From the human T2T-CHM13v2.0 reference genome, Homo sapiens, in the NCBI RefSeq assembly GCF_009914755.1, contig NC_060930.1: a stretch of 64,000 nucleotides of DNA, one strand, 5' to 3'. A model generated the notes under the pieces. It did not search any database. It was not told where the DNA came from and saw only the letters and a program-made list of their open reading frames with translations. Both the position numbers and the translations under genes were made by a program. Shown one piece after another: positions 12,939 through 26,108 of the stretch; position 1 is the stretch's first letter, and every line of letters starts with the position of its first letter.

Positions 12939-13433
12939 TGTTAAAATTATTCAGGACATTTGTTAAAACATGAAGGCAGACTGTATTCAGGGAGACCATG
13001 CAGGGTCATAGGGACCAGTGCAGTGGGGTTTGCAGTAGGGAAGAGGCATTGGGCTCCGCTCCAAATACAGCAAGGAACAGTGGGAATTTACAGCCAAGGA
13101 GCAGAGTTGGGAGCAGTGGATGGAAGACTACTAAAAGGAAGCCTCAGGGCTGAGGGGGCTTCTGGCTAAACCAACCTAACCAGATTCCAGGCGAAGGCAG
13201 GCCAGGGTGGTCAGAGATTCCCTGGGGGATGGTGGGGGATGAGGAGCCCCATTGAGTAGCAAAGGGGATCAGATATTGAGGGTGAGGGTTCTGGCTAACT
13301 CGACTCAGCAGGACTTTTGCTAAAATTGAGCATTGCAGAAACAGACATAGAAGCCCCCAAATCAGGGCCTCGCTGGGAAGAGCACTCAGAGATGCCTGAC
13401 TAGAGTTTGGCAAGGATGGGATCTTCCTTATCA
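12939..13433. mobile_element. Solo ERV LTR (subfamily not assigned)
   Basis: About 500 bp bounded by TG...CA; resembles known LTR consensus text (GGCAGACTGTATTCAGG..., GGGAATTTACAGCCAAGGAGCAG). Boundaries are approximate. Confidence 0.5.
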
Positions 13434-14394
13434 CGGATGCCTTCAGGTCATCCACATGTTCACACACTCTGTGAAAATAGGACTTTGCTGAGGTGTCCTC
13501 TTTGGGGTCCACATGCACATCTGTGATATTACTGAGACTCTGCCATAATAATCACCCTCCGAACCCCTGTCATGATCAAACCAACTCACCCTTTGCCTTC
13601 CCGGTGACCTTTCTCACTTCTTTACTTTAGACTCGTATGCTGGGGGGTGGGAGAGGGCTGGGGGGAAATACAGCCTGCTCTGGGGGAGCTGTATCTCCCT
13701 TCCCTCTGTGCCCTGGAAAACTTACATGTAAGGATGGGAGATACATTAACTGTTTATTTTGTGTTTCTGGTAGATAAGTTCTGAGATTAAGAATCATTGC
13801 CTACAAACATGAGTTGATTGATGGCTACCATGTAGTTGAAAGTCTGACATGGGCAGCACTCAGAGCCTAGCGGGTACTTAGAGAGAGGACAGGGAAAGCA
13901 GACGGAGGTGCCACCGGGATGAGTGGAGTTGTCCCATGAGGGCTCTTCCTGCCACCATGTTTGGTAAGGAAGAAATTCCCCATAATTTTCATCTGTCCAA
14001 ATTTACCTTCCAAGGCTTTTAGAGAAAAAACTTGGCTGACATAGATAGACAGAAGCGAACACCATTTATTCAGAAACTGTAGATAAAGCTTTCTAGGAGA
14101 AAACACAAGTCCAAGTGGGTGAATGCCATGTTACATACCACCACAATTTGGAGCGTCCACTTTTTAAAAATCTCTTCATTTTCCTTTAAGGATGGAAACT
14201 CGAAGTCTAAGTGTCCTGGAGTGAATGAGGGAGTGGTTCTTTACATTCAGTAGAAATTAGCAGAATAGAAGTGGGCTAAAATCTTCTGCTGCCTTCACCA
14301 AACCCAAATATAACACCCTTGGTGGACGATGAGTGGCAGCTCCACTAGGAATGTAAGGCAGGCCGTAGGCGAGACGGCACGAGTTCTAGCAGTG

Positions 14395-14630
14395 ACATTT
14401 AAAAAGTAAAAAAGCATATTTTTAAAAGTAAATTAATTTTAATAGTATATTTTACTTAAGCCAGAATATCCCAAATATTATTTTGATGTGTATTTGGTAT
14501 AAAAGAGTACTAATGGAAGATTTTACGTTCTTTTGTCACACAGTACATTTCAGTTCAGACTAGCCACACTTCCAGAGCTCTGTAGAATAGGCACACGGGA
14601 CTAGGGGCTCCCAAACTGGACTGCACAGAT
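14395..14630. mobile_element. MER3/MER33-like hAT-Charlie fragment
   Basis: AAATTAATTTTAATAGTATATTTTACTTAAGCC...CAGACTAGCCACACTTCCAGAGCTC. Confidence 0.6.
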
Positions 14631-15705
14631 TTAGAGGACAAGGAATTGGACCTAAAGACTTAACTGAAATCTCTCGGATGTATCCATCTTATTTATTTTA
14701 TTTTTGATCATTTGAAAGAATTCTAAGCTTTTTGAGCCAGCGAGTAAAAAAACGTCGGCATTTGGGATGTGGCTGTTCCTCTGTGATCACCACTGTGATG
14801 GTGGTGACACTCTGCAGAGAGAGATCTATCAAGAATCACACAGGAATGCCTATGACTCTCATCAGCCTTGCCTCAGCTGTTGACTTCTTGGGCAGGGTCA
14901 GTTACAGGCTGAGTCCCCTGTGCTCTATATAAGTCCCCACCTGAATTAGGGGTGCCTGCACCCCTGTGTGTCAATCCTGCCACCCGAAGTGGGAGTGGGA
15001 GCTATGGTCTTCTCTCTCCTCTATACAGTTCTCATGTTTTTAGGAGAGACCTTTGACAGACTGGGTGACGGTTGCCCAGGGTTCTCTTCCAGGGCCCCTC
15101 TCTTTCCCAGCTGTCCCTTAAGGACTCAACATGGATTTTACATCATTTGGATGCACCTTCCTCAATGCCACTTCCATTCTAGAAAAGAAAAGGCATGTTT
15201 CTCTTAGAGGCAGATGATGAGGTTTTCGTATCTTACATAATATTAATTTTGTGAATGCCAACAAAAAGTTCATGTTCCTAGAAAGGAACACAGACACGGA
15301 GCTGGTCACAAATGGTTTGTCTGCGTAATCAGGGCTGATGAGGCTGCCTGACCCCCCAGGCCCTCCTTGCAGCAGGACGTCTGTCCTGTAGCTGAACAAA
15401 CTTTTGGTTGGTGACTACAAAGAGAATTCCCCATTTTTTCTCTCAAGGAACACAGACTTTTCAAACATTTACGTGGCTATTTTTTATCGTAGGATATCCC
15501 AGACATGTAATGAAAAATGTTCCTGGATAGCTGTTTACTTAGAAAATTAATCATTATCAGTTAATCCATCTTAGGCATGGTATTGTCTTAGGTGCTATAG
15601 AAGAATCAAAAGAATTCCAGCTGGAGGGCTAGCACGCACAGTGCAACCCCTGATAGCTTCTTTTTTTTAAACAGAGCAGCATCAACAAGGACAGATTATT
15701 GTAAT

Positions 15706-15899
15706 GCAGGGTTTACAGCCCCTGCCCTGTTGCCAGATAATTCCTTGTTGTGGGCCCCGCACCCCCACCCCTGTGTATTGCAGGGTATTGAGCAGCATCC
15801 CCACCTTCTACCCACTAGAATTGTGCCAAAAAAATTATCTCCCGACATTGCCAAATGTCCCCTTGGGCACAAAGTCACCCCCAGTAGAGAACCACTGCT
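15706..15899. mobile_element. MER20 hAT-Charlie MITE
   Basis: CCAGATAATTCCTTGTTGTGGG...GACATTGCCAAATGTCCCC...GAGAACCACTG. Confidence 0.75.
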
Positions 15900-17941
15900 G
15901 TAATGTGAACTGAATTTGTGAGGGCTGAAGGGACCGTCCGCCTAGGAGGGGATCAGGAGGGATTAATCACGGGAGGCCTCTGGAGGACAGAGATGCACGC
16001 TGGATTCACAAGACACGCAGGCCATGAATGGCCGGAGGAGGCGGTACTGGGATGCGGGGCGGCAGAGACCAGGAGAAGGGAGGTGTTATTTTACAAACTA
16101 GCGACTGAACAGGAAAATATGGGGACCCCAGCTAGATGTCTTCAGCTGCCAAGCGTGGCGTACTCGGAGTAATTAGTGGATTTGGTTCGTGTTGTGGTGG
16201 GTCATAGCTGCACAAGGCAGGCGTCAGCAGGCAGGAAAGCAGAGCCAGCAGAGAGGACAGGGGTGGGGGGTGGAGGGTGGGAAGGGGGGATGGCCAGCAC
16301 CCCACAGCGCTCGCTGTCCCCGGGCCCCATGTGTGTGTGTTCCACATGCCCATCAGTCCTCTCGGCAGCCCTCTAAGCCAGAGGCTACTGTGATTCCCAC
16401 TTTACAGCTGGAAAAACTGAGGCACGCAAAGGACGAGTAACTCCCAAAGCCTCTCAACTAGTAATCAGCAGAGCACAGCTCAAAGGCCTGCCTGGCCGCT
16501 GAGCTCATGCCCTCACTGTGCTGTTTGGTAGGGGTTAAGGCAGTGCCAGGGGATGGAGCTCCTGTCGCCAGCAGGCGGAACGGGTCTCGAATCCAGGCAG
16601 TCAAACAAGGTTTGAAAGGAATACAAATGCCTACCCTAATTGACAGCACAGTCAGGAGCACGTACAGAGTGAGACTGAACAAGAAAGCCAGAGATGGAGT
16701 CCAGGGAGACAGCTCAGAGCCGAGGCCCCGGGGCTGGAACAGGGGACACGAGGCTGGTGTTGAAGCAAAGGCTGGAGCAGAGTGACAGGTGGGGACAGAA
16801 AGGGGAAGAGATGGCTGCCACCAGCTGAAGGACAGGCCCGGGCGGGTTCCAGGCGAGCTGAAGAGTGCTGACTCTGGTGGAGAAGCCAGTGAGAGGTGGG
16901 GCTGATGAGGAGGAAGAGTTGCGGGCACTGAGGGGCTCGGGTTAGAGATGAGGCCAGGCCTGTATCAGGGAACTGGAGCGCAGAGGGATCCCTCCAAGAG
17001 ACACTGAGGGAGGACTCAGTCCTCTTTCTCCACGAGGGAAAGGCCGAGAGCCTGGACCAGACCATGCCACTCCGGGCTGTGTCCTGGGGAGGCCGCTCAG
17101 CCCTCCAGCTGCAGTCACCTTCTCTGAACCAGGGGCAAAATAGCACCACCTGAACTGCCGGGCTGCTCGGAGAATGACATGAAATATTGCACCTGCGGGC
17201 CTAGCACAGCCTCTCGCACGCTGTAGCAGGAGAGGAGGATTTGCTAGTGGTGACTAGGTCAGGGCAGAGTGGGAAATTGCAGCCAAATTAAACAGAGGGG
17301 CAGGGCCAGCACCACGGGCGGGCAGAGGACCTGTGCCAGGCTGGTGGCTCTGGGAGGGTTCTGCCAGGCGTCAGGATTGGTAGGGGTGCCTGTTCTGATA
17401 GAAGGGAAAAGAAACTTGACTTTTGCCATGTTAGGATTTTAGTCTCCAATGGCTCATCCTATAATATATATGGATTTTATAGACATGGACAGAAAGTGCA
17501 CAGTTGATTTTCACATTCGGCAGAGGTGAGTCGTTGGTTAGATGTGTCCAGCATGCGTTAGATGGAAGAATGAGATGAAAACAAAACGTTATTTTAGGGG
17601 CAAGACTTTGGTTGTCCTTATTTGCAAATTTAGCTCTAAGAATAACTTCAAGACAAGGAAGGGGTTTGTGGTCCACCTCTTGTCAGCTGGGTCCATTGCT
17701 ATCTGCAGACTTCCTCGTTTCATTTCTGTAACCACTGAGAGGAGTGTGAGCAATAGATGGCTCTCAGCTCAGTGCTCCCAAGCAAATAGACTAGCAAAGG
17801 AATGGCGGCCACTCCCCTGTGGGAGGCCCATGCTGTGCAATCCGGGCAGAGTACTGGGGACTGCTCTCACTTCCGTCACCCTTATTGGGATAAATAGTGA
17901 ATTTCCCCTGATTTCCAATGAATGATTTTGATTGGCCAAGC

Positions 17942-18235
17942 CAGCGCTGTCCAGTAGTCTATAATGTGAGCCACACATGCAAGCCACACATGGTAAATTT
18001 TCCAGCAGCCACTGTATAATAGTAAAAAGAAGCAGGTGAAGTTCACTTTAATAGTATGTTTTATTTAGCCCAGTTATTGGGAGTATGATCATTTGAAAAG
18101 TAATCAATATGTAAAGATATTTAAAGTATTGAGATATGTTACATTCTCTTTTTTTGTACTAAATCTTTGAGATCTAGCCACAATATGTGTGCCCAAGAGC
18201 CCCCTGCAGACAGTGGCCAGCACCTTGGACAGCAT
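17942..18235. mobile_element. MER3-like hAT-Charlie element
   Basis: Begins CAGCGCTGTCCAG and ends TTGGACAGCA (terminal inverted repeat); internal GGTGAAGTTCACTTTAATAGTATGTTTTATTTAGCCC. Confidence 0.7.
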
Positions 18236-19191
18236 AGATCTAAACTCCTCAACCGACATGCTGCCATTCCCAGAAATGGCTGATAATTACTCTGAGCCAG
18301 GTGACATTCATGTCCCCCTGATCCCCTTTTGACAGATGCCTGGTATTCTGATGGTTCATTTCTGACCTGGCTAGTCTGCATTACACAGGGAAACTGTTCA
18401 AGAGCCATGGATCACCCAGAGCGCCCACAGGTAGGCCGTTCAGTGACAAGAGTAGCCAATCGAGAGGGCTGACACCCAGCTGTTACCAAGTCTAGAGGAA
18501 AACAAAACTAATGACTCTGGTGCAAACATGGAATCCAATTTTGTGGAGAGGAGGAATTTCTAATATAAGAAAAGCAATGGCCCATCAGTAAAGAAAGATT
18601 GGATTCAGGCAAAAGCAATGAAAGACTCAGAATTGTGTTTTTGGTTTTATGTCTTCTGTTTGGGATCCTCATTTCAGGCCCTTATGATTCTGTTTTTCCA
18701 CTTGACAGTGCACAGGGTGGTTGTAAGGAGTCATTACTAAAACAAAAATGATTGGGATGGCATTTTGCAAAAATCACCAAGTGAACTTTGGTGGTAAAAA
18801 AAAAAAAGCAAACAAACAATAAAACAAAGTTCAAGTAATGTAGATCAGAGATTCCTCTTCCCTGCTGTAGGAACTTTCTAGGGGAGAAGCATCTGGAAGC
18901 AGGACTTGCAGGCACAGCTGCTCAGCCCCCAACCTCGGAGGGTGGATTTCCCCCCAGCTCTCTAATACAAATGAAAGTGAGCCCTTTGAGTCTAATCACA
19001 CTTCCCAACTCTTACAGCTCAAAACACACAAACAATGAGCTTTTTCAAGCTCCCCATGAAGCTCTGCCGAGATAAAAGCAGTTAACAACCACTCTTCCAT
19101 GATGATAAATGGTTGTTGGTTTTCTTTAATCAATATTTTAATAACTATTTGCACACTTTGACAATTATGACTACAGAGAGACTGATGGTGA

Positions 19192-19515
19192 TTACAGAAG
19201 CAGATTGCAAAGGTGATTCACGAGGATGTGGTGGTCGGCCATCTCTCTGGGACAAGTGGGCTTTAGCCGGGAACCTGCTGCCCCACAGGCTTCTGAAGCA
19301 GGTGTACTGTAGCTATTGCGTGGGCAGCTGATGTGGCAACAGTCGGCCCCGCTTCCTGGCTGACGCGCTCTTCTCCAGGACAGCTTTGCTCCCCAGCAAG
19401 TGCAGCAAAAATTCACTCCAGAATCAGTCACTTGCCTCTTTCCGTGGGCATGACTTTAGAGCCATTGGCTTTAGAGCTGAGTTGGCCACCACCCTGTGCC
19501 TGCATGAGTGGAAAG
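19192..19515 (+). repeat. Left arm of a 324-bp non-Alu inverted duplication
   Basis: Reverse complement of 20086-20409; 13 mismatches and no indels in a hand alignment. Confidence 0.95.
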
Positions 19516-20085
19516 AATCCGCTCAAGCTGGAACTGCCCTCAGGTCTCCCAAGGAGAGCCCAGCCACCCTGCCATCTTGAAGGGCATCTTCCTGGAATAA
19601 CAGCATGCTCATGTTTCCTGGCACTTCTTCTCATTCTCAGTTAAAGACATACTCCATTCATTGTTTTCACTGTTTTGTTTTTCCCCACTTCAAGCTCCAG
19701 GTTGTCATGAATACTATTTTGGAGTTGGACCCATTATAAATGTTTTGTCCAGAAAAGAGTCTGGAAGGAAAGCTCTGAAACGTCTGGATTTACAGAGAGA
19801 GAATTAGGAGCTGTCTTTCTACATTGTGTCAAGTTTTAGAAATAAACATGAAGAACCAAAATAATAAAATGATGGAAAAAATTCACTGTGAAAGAAGTTG
19901 AAATAGGCCCCCATGGACAGGGCTGCAGGGAGCAAAATAGAAACCTTACTTGAAAATAAACATGAAGATGTTCATGATAGAGTTATTTATAATAGTGTAA
20001 AGGAAGTAGAAGCAATTTCTATGCATACCAGGAGGGAAATGGATACACGAATTACACTATACGTCTATGATGAATTACACTATAC

Positions 20086-20409
20086 CTTTCCACTCATGCA
20101 GGCACAGGGTGGTGGCCAACTCAGCTCTAAAGCCAATGGCTCTAAAGTCATGCCCACGGAAAGAGGCAAGTGACTGATTCTGGAGTGAATTTTTGCTGCA
20201 CTTGCTGGGGAGCAAAGCTGTCCTGGAGAAGAGCGTGTCAGCCAGGAAGCGGGGCCGACTGTTGCCACATCAGTTGCCTACACAACAGCTACAGTACACC
20301 TTCTTCAAAAGCCTGTGGGGCAGCAGGTGCCCGGCTGAAGACCACTTATCCCAGAGAGATGGCCAACCACCACGTCCTCGTGAATCACCTTTGCAATCTG
20401 CTTCTGTAA
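20086..20409 (-). repeat. Right arm of the 324-bp inverted duplication
   Basis: Reverse complement of 19192-19515; the track shows mirrored ORFs (MATVGPASWL..., MTDSGVNFCC...). Confidence 0.95.
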
Positions 20410-21675
20410 ACGCCACGTTGTTAGAACGTCTTAAAATATTGATATCAAAGATATCTAATGGCTTATAAAAGTTATCCTTATACAATTTCAATGAAAATAT
20501 GCAAAATACAAAATTGGATGTACATTGGGATCTTAATATATATAGGAATTATAAGGAAATATAAACAAGTTTTTTTTTGTGATTGGACTGGCAAGTAATT
20601 TTAGTTTTTTTCTCTGTACGTTTCTGATATTCCCTATGATGAGCATGTGTTACCTTTATAATTAGAAGAAAAAAAATCAGTAAATGTCATTACATAAACT
20701 CTAGCATTAATAGATATGCATTCAGCAAACATTTATTAAGCAGTACTTCTTACTCATTGCCTTGGCCTTGGCAAATCACGAATTCTCTCTAGGGGCTTTG
20801 TGTTTTCATCTGGATAATGGGATCCCACGGCCTTGCCTGACTCACAGAAGCATTATGAGGAACGGATGCATTAACCTGAAGAAGCTGTGAAAATAGCAGA
20901 TTGCTTATCCAAGCACAACATTATGAGGCGTGGCGTGTCTAATCACGAACCCACTAGAACATGAGAAAGAAGAAATTGAACAAGACTGTAATGAGTTGTT
21001 TGGAATGGAAGCCCATAAGAAACTAAAACCAAAAAATAGTCAGCATTTAAATGCAGAGTGCAGAAGGACATTTCGGGGAGCCCAGGTCCTCAGAGCGTGG
21101 GGGTGTTAGCTGCCCTGTGCAAGGCGGTCCTTTATTGGAAATCGCCTCAGAGAGCATTGCTGAGTGTGGCTTCTTGCAACTACACCTGAGAACGACATTC
21201 ACTCTGCTTCATTGAAAACAATCTATCCCGTGTGTGGAAGAAGCATGCCTTGCTGGGGTCAGGGCCAGGGACAAAGCTCAGAGGCCATGCTGAGTTTTCA
21301 TCAAACACCTGCTGAGCAGCTGGCACGTGCCAGGACACGGTCTAGGCTGAAGGCTGCCATCGTAGTGCAGAATAGAATCCCGTGGAGGTTGGAAATGTTT
21401 ACCTGCTTGCTTTTTTTCTTACCGTGTGTATTATTTTCAGTAATAAAATGTATACATATACAAGTGAGCACCTTCCCCTGGAAATTCTGACTCAGCAGGT
21501 AGAGTGTCCGACGGGCGCGCATGTGAGACCTGCTGTCCCGGCGCTCAGATACACATGGGGGACAAAAATGACAAAGCAGCCACCCTCAGTTTATAATTAG
21601 GAAACAGAAACTATACACGCACACCTGGCACAGAGCAGGTGCTCTCACCCAGACCTCTTGAATTGTTGAGTTGAA

Positions 21676-21926
21676 TTTATTTATTTATTTGAGATGGAGT
21701 TTCACTGTTGTCACCCAGCCTGGAGTGCAGTGGCGTGATCATGGCTCACTTTAACCTCCACCTCCTGGTTTCAAGTGATTCTGCCTCCACCTCCCAAGTA
21801 GCTGGGATTATAGGTGTGCACCACCACACCCGGCTATTTTTTGTATTTTTTGTAGATAAGTGGGGTTTTCACCATGTTGGCCTCCCAAAGTGCTGGGATT
21901 ACAGGTGTGAGCCACTGTGCTGGGCC
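21676..21926 (-). mobile_element. Alu, antisense, with internal deletion
   Basis: Reverse-complement Alu with (TTTA)n tail and flanking tgaattta TSD; ACCATGTTGGCCTCCCAAAG joins across a left-arm deletion. Confidence 0.9.
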
Positions 21927-24904
21927 CTGAATTTAAAAGTTAAACGCAGAATACATAGATGTTCTCAGAGGGTTAGATACTTTTTTTCCCTTAGTATCTG
22001 AGGTTTTTGTGGGTTCAGTGAGAAACCTGGGTGTTTATAACATATAAACAAAATGATTTCAGTTCCTCAACTCACACAGCTTTTCACAGGGAAGGGGCAG
22101 AAGATGCAGCTTGAAGGTATCCAGAAAACATGTGTGGGGCAGTCAGACGGAGCAGCTGCAGCCTGGGGGCGTAGGGGCTGTGGGGACCTGCAGTAGCCTG
22201 GTTGGCAACCATGAGAAGAGAGAGGAAGGGCCTATAAGTCAGTCCATCTGTGACCACAACACCCACAGCCCTGGGCAATGAAGGGCAGAAGTGGGGACCA
22301 GGGATGCCCAACTGGGGTTTAGCCGTGAGAACAGCTGGTGCAGCCTCAGAGAAGGCGCTGCAGAAGCTCCCAGGGTGGACGCTGGGACTCCTGGGCCAGA
22401 AGCTCTGTGAGCGTGGCGAGGGGTCTCTGCCTTGTTCCGCTGTCCCTGGCTGGCCCCTCATTTTCTGTTGGTGGGGCCAGGGCTGCTGCTGGGCTCTCCA
22501 TGCGATTCTCTAGGCAGATTTGGGGTGGGGGCTCCCGAGAGGGTCTGTGAAGACTACCACTTCTCCAGGTACAGAGAGGGAGGGGACCCTAAGCTGCTGC
22601 CTCTCGCTGAGGTCAGCAGACACTCGATGAGCCACCTGAGCAGCTCATTCGCAGGCAGGTTCCAGGCCCAGTCCTGAGCTCACCACCCAGAGTCTGTTGG
22701 AGACAGGACCTGGGAATCTGCATCTAGCACAGTAATGTTTGAGAGTCACTGACTTAAAATATCCTCACATATATAGGGAGCGTTTTATGTGTGTGAAGTG
22801 TAGTGCTGTGGAGAGGGGCAGCCTCCTCAGAAAATGGAGGTTGTGTCAGCTAGGAAGCTGCTCAGGACAACGGTTCCCTCCCGCCTCCCACCGCCCCCCA
22901 AGCACCCACTGTGCCCAGGTCAAGGAAGAACCTAGAACTCCCCAACCCCACCCCTGCCCTGCAAGAGCTGTGCATTCCTGACAAGAGGCTGCCCAGGAGG
23001 TGAAAGGGAGCAAGGCGGCATGGAGGCTGGGGCCATGTGGATGTAGGGTTCATGGTCTTCCTGCGGTAAGAAGCCGGCTCCACAAGGGCCTAGTGTCTCC
23101 CAGGCACCCGGAGCTGGGCTGGACTCCTGGAGGTGGTAACTAAGGCAGAGTCCTTGCTCCCACTACAAGCCTGGAGGCTGGAGGGGAAGGCAGCCAGGTT
23201 GACTCAAGGGCCTGGATGGCAGAAGTACTGGCCAGGCCTGCCCTCCCAGGAAACACCACGGCCACCGCTTAGCAATGCTTCCTGGAAAGGCCCCTGCCCG
23301 AGCTTGGCCTGCCTGGGCGTTAAGCGTGCCTCTTCCCCAGCTCCAAGCCAGAAGAGGAGCCGGAGCAGGTCCGGGTGATGTGAGATCACCCAGGAGTGGC
23401 TGGTTTCTGCCTTGCCCTGCTCTGACTTGGGGGAGGCTGTTTTGTTTCTTCCCCCTTCCCGGAGTGGAATTTCTCTGTTGAAAGTGGGAGTGTGTGCTCT
23501 TATGCCTCCAATACCTGGTTCTCAGGTGGTGCTTATTAGAGAGACCCCATGGCAAGCACTTGCCAGCCCCAGCAGCTCCGTGTATCCACACTGTGTGTAT
23601 CCAGAACAAAGCTGGTCACTTCTTTACATAGGATGTAAAAAAGATTGGAGTGTGTCCCCAGCCAGCAGGGGCATGCGGTGGGCACTGAACAGGACTAAGT
23701 GCGAACTAGGACCAGAGGCACAAGTCACGGATTGCAGATGTCCAGACCTCAAACACCCGGGGAACTCTAAGGCCAGACTTCTAGGTTAGTTAGTTGAGGC
23801 TGTGGGGCTGCGGTGAGTGAGGTTGCATTGCAGTTGCATTGCAGTTCTGGGACTTTTCTAGAAGCTGCATGGAAGCGAAACAGTGTGCTCTGGTGGGCTC
23901 ATAGGCTTCAGGCTGAATTCAGTCATCCCCAAATCTAGCCATTCTGAGTGGCTCCCTAAGGGGGAACCCCTGTCTGCAGACCAACCCCAAGGGCCAGACA
24001 GAAAGCAAAAGCCTACCAGGTTTCACTCTGAGGATGTCAGGGCCCTTGCAGAGAGGAAACTGGGCTGGAAATTCAAAGAATGTCTCAGAATCGTATTTCT
24101 CCTTAGTGAAATTGACAAAAGAATTGAGAAACTCCTTTTCTGCTGACCAGATTTTTAAAAAAATCCAACCTCACATTCTTCAGTTAGAACTGTTCTTGCA
24201 TGGTGGTCACAGCTGGTGCCTGCTCACTCATAGTTGGGGCAGGGCGGGGGCTTTGGTTGGATAATCAGGCAGAAGACAAAGATTCAGATCCCAATTCCCT
24301 CTGCCGTCTTCATGTCAACCACACCAGGAACCTGAGCAGGTCTCTTTCTTTTCCAGAAGTGGGGTTGGGGGGAAGAACATATTCAGAGGCATCAGTATGT
24401 CTATTTGGCTGGAAAGAATTATAGGTATTTAGGAATTGTCTTTTATGTTATGAATACATTTTTTAAAATATGTAGAAATTGGTGACCATTACAGACAAAT
24501 CTCTAGAACTAGAAACTCAGTTCAACCCAATACATCAGATGTCTAGTGAGTTGTCAGACATCTCTGCAAGGTAGTAAACATTGAAAATAATACAAAGATA
24601 AATGAAATAAGTTTTGTGTATGTCAAAATCTAGACCAAACTGCTATTGATCACAAGATGCTTGCTAAGAAATAATTTCTTAAATCTGTCAGCCCTTACAT
24701 TTTGATTTCACAGCACTTATAGTCCTTTATTAAAGTACCACTGAGCACCAGCAAAGGAGGACAAAATCAATACTGCCAATCTTATGATCAGACTTAGATA
24801 AAACTCATTTTTGCCTGATTTCCCTTTGAGAACTCATAGGTTTGGGCCTCTGACGGCTGCTCTGGGTCCTCCAAGGTCAATACGGGGCAGGAGGGGTGAA
24901 ATTA

Positions 24905-25287
<383 letters not shown>

Positions 25288-25484
25288 TTAATCAGTCTAA
25301 GTAGAGAGGTGTTGAGATTTTTCGTGTAATTAATGGTGGACTGGATTTGAGTTAAATAAGCATTGATTAAGTGCTTGCCTATTGTGTGCCTTCAACACAT
25401 TTACCATCTGTGGGAATAAGGCAAAAATACAAAAAATTAGTTTATGGGGAACATAGGCAAGTTACTTAGTGTTATTCAGATTCA

Positions 25485-26108
<624 letters not shown>

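Noticed and set aside
19113-20491. Pairs of near-identical ORFs on opposite strands (MATVGPASWL..., MTDSGVNFCC...)
   Set aside because: They simply mirror the inverted duplication. They show no domain similarity or splice structure, and most start at non-ATG codons.
23821-23846. Short tandem duplications (GTTGCATTGCA x2 here; GGTTTCTACAA x2 near 54725)
   Set aside because: Two-copy 11-mers are expected from slippage in 64 kb, and nothing else supports a function.
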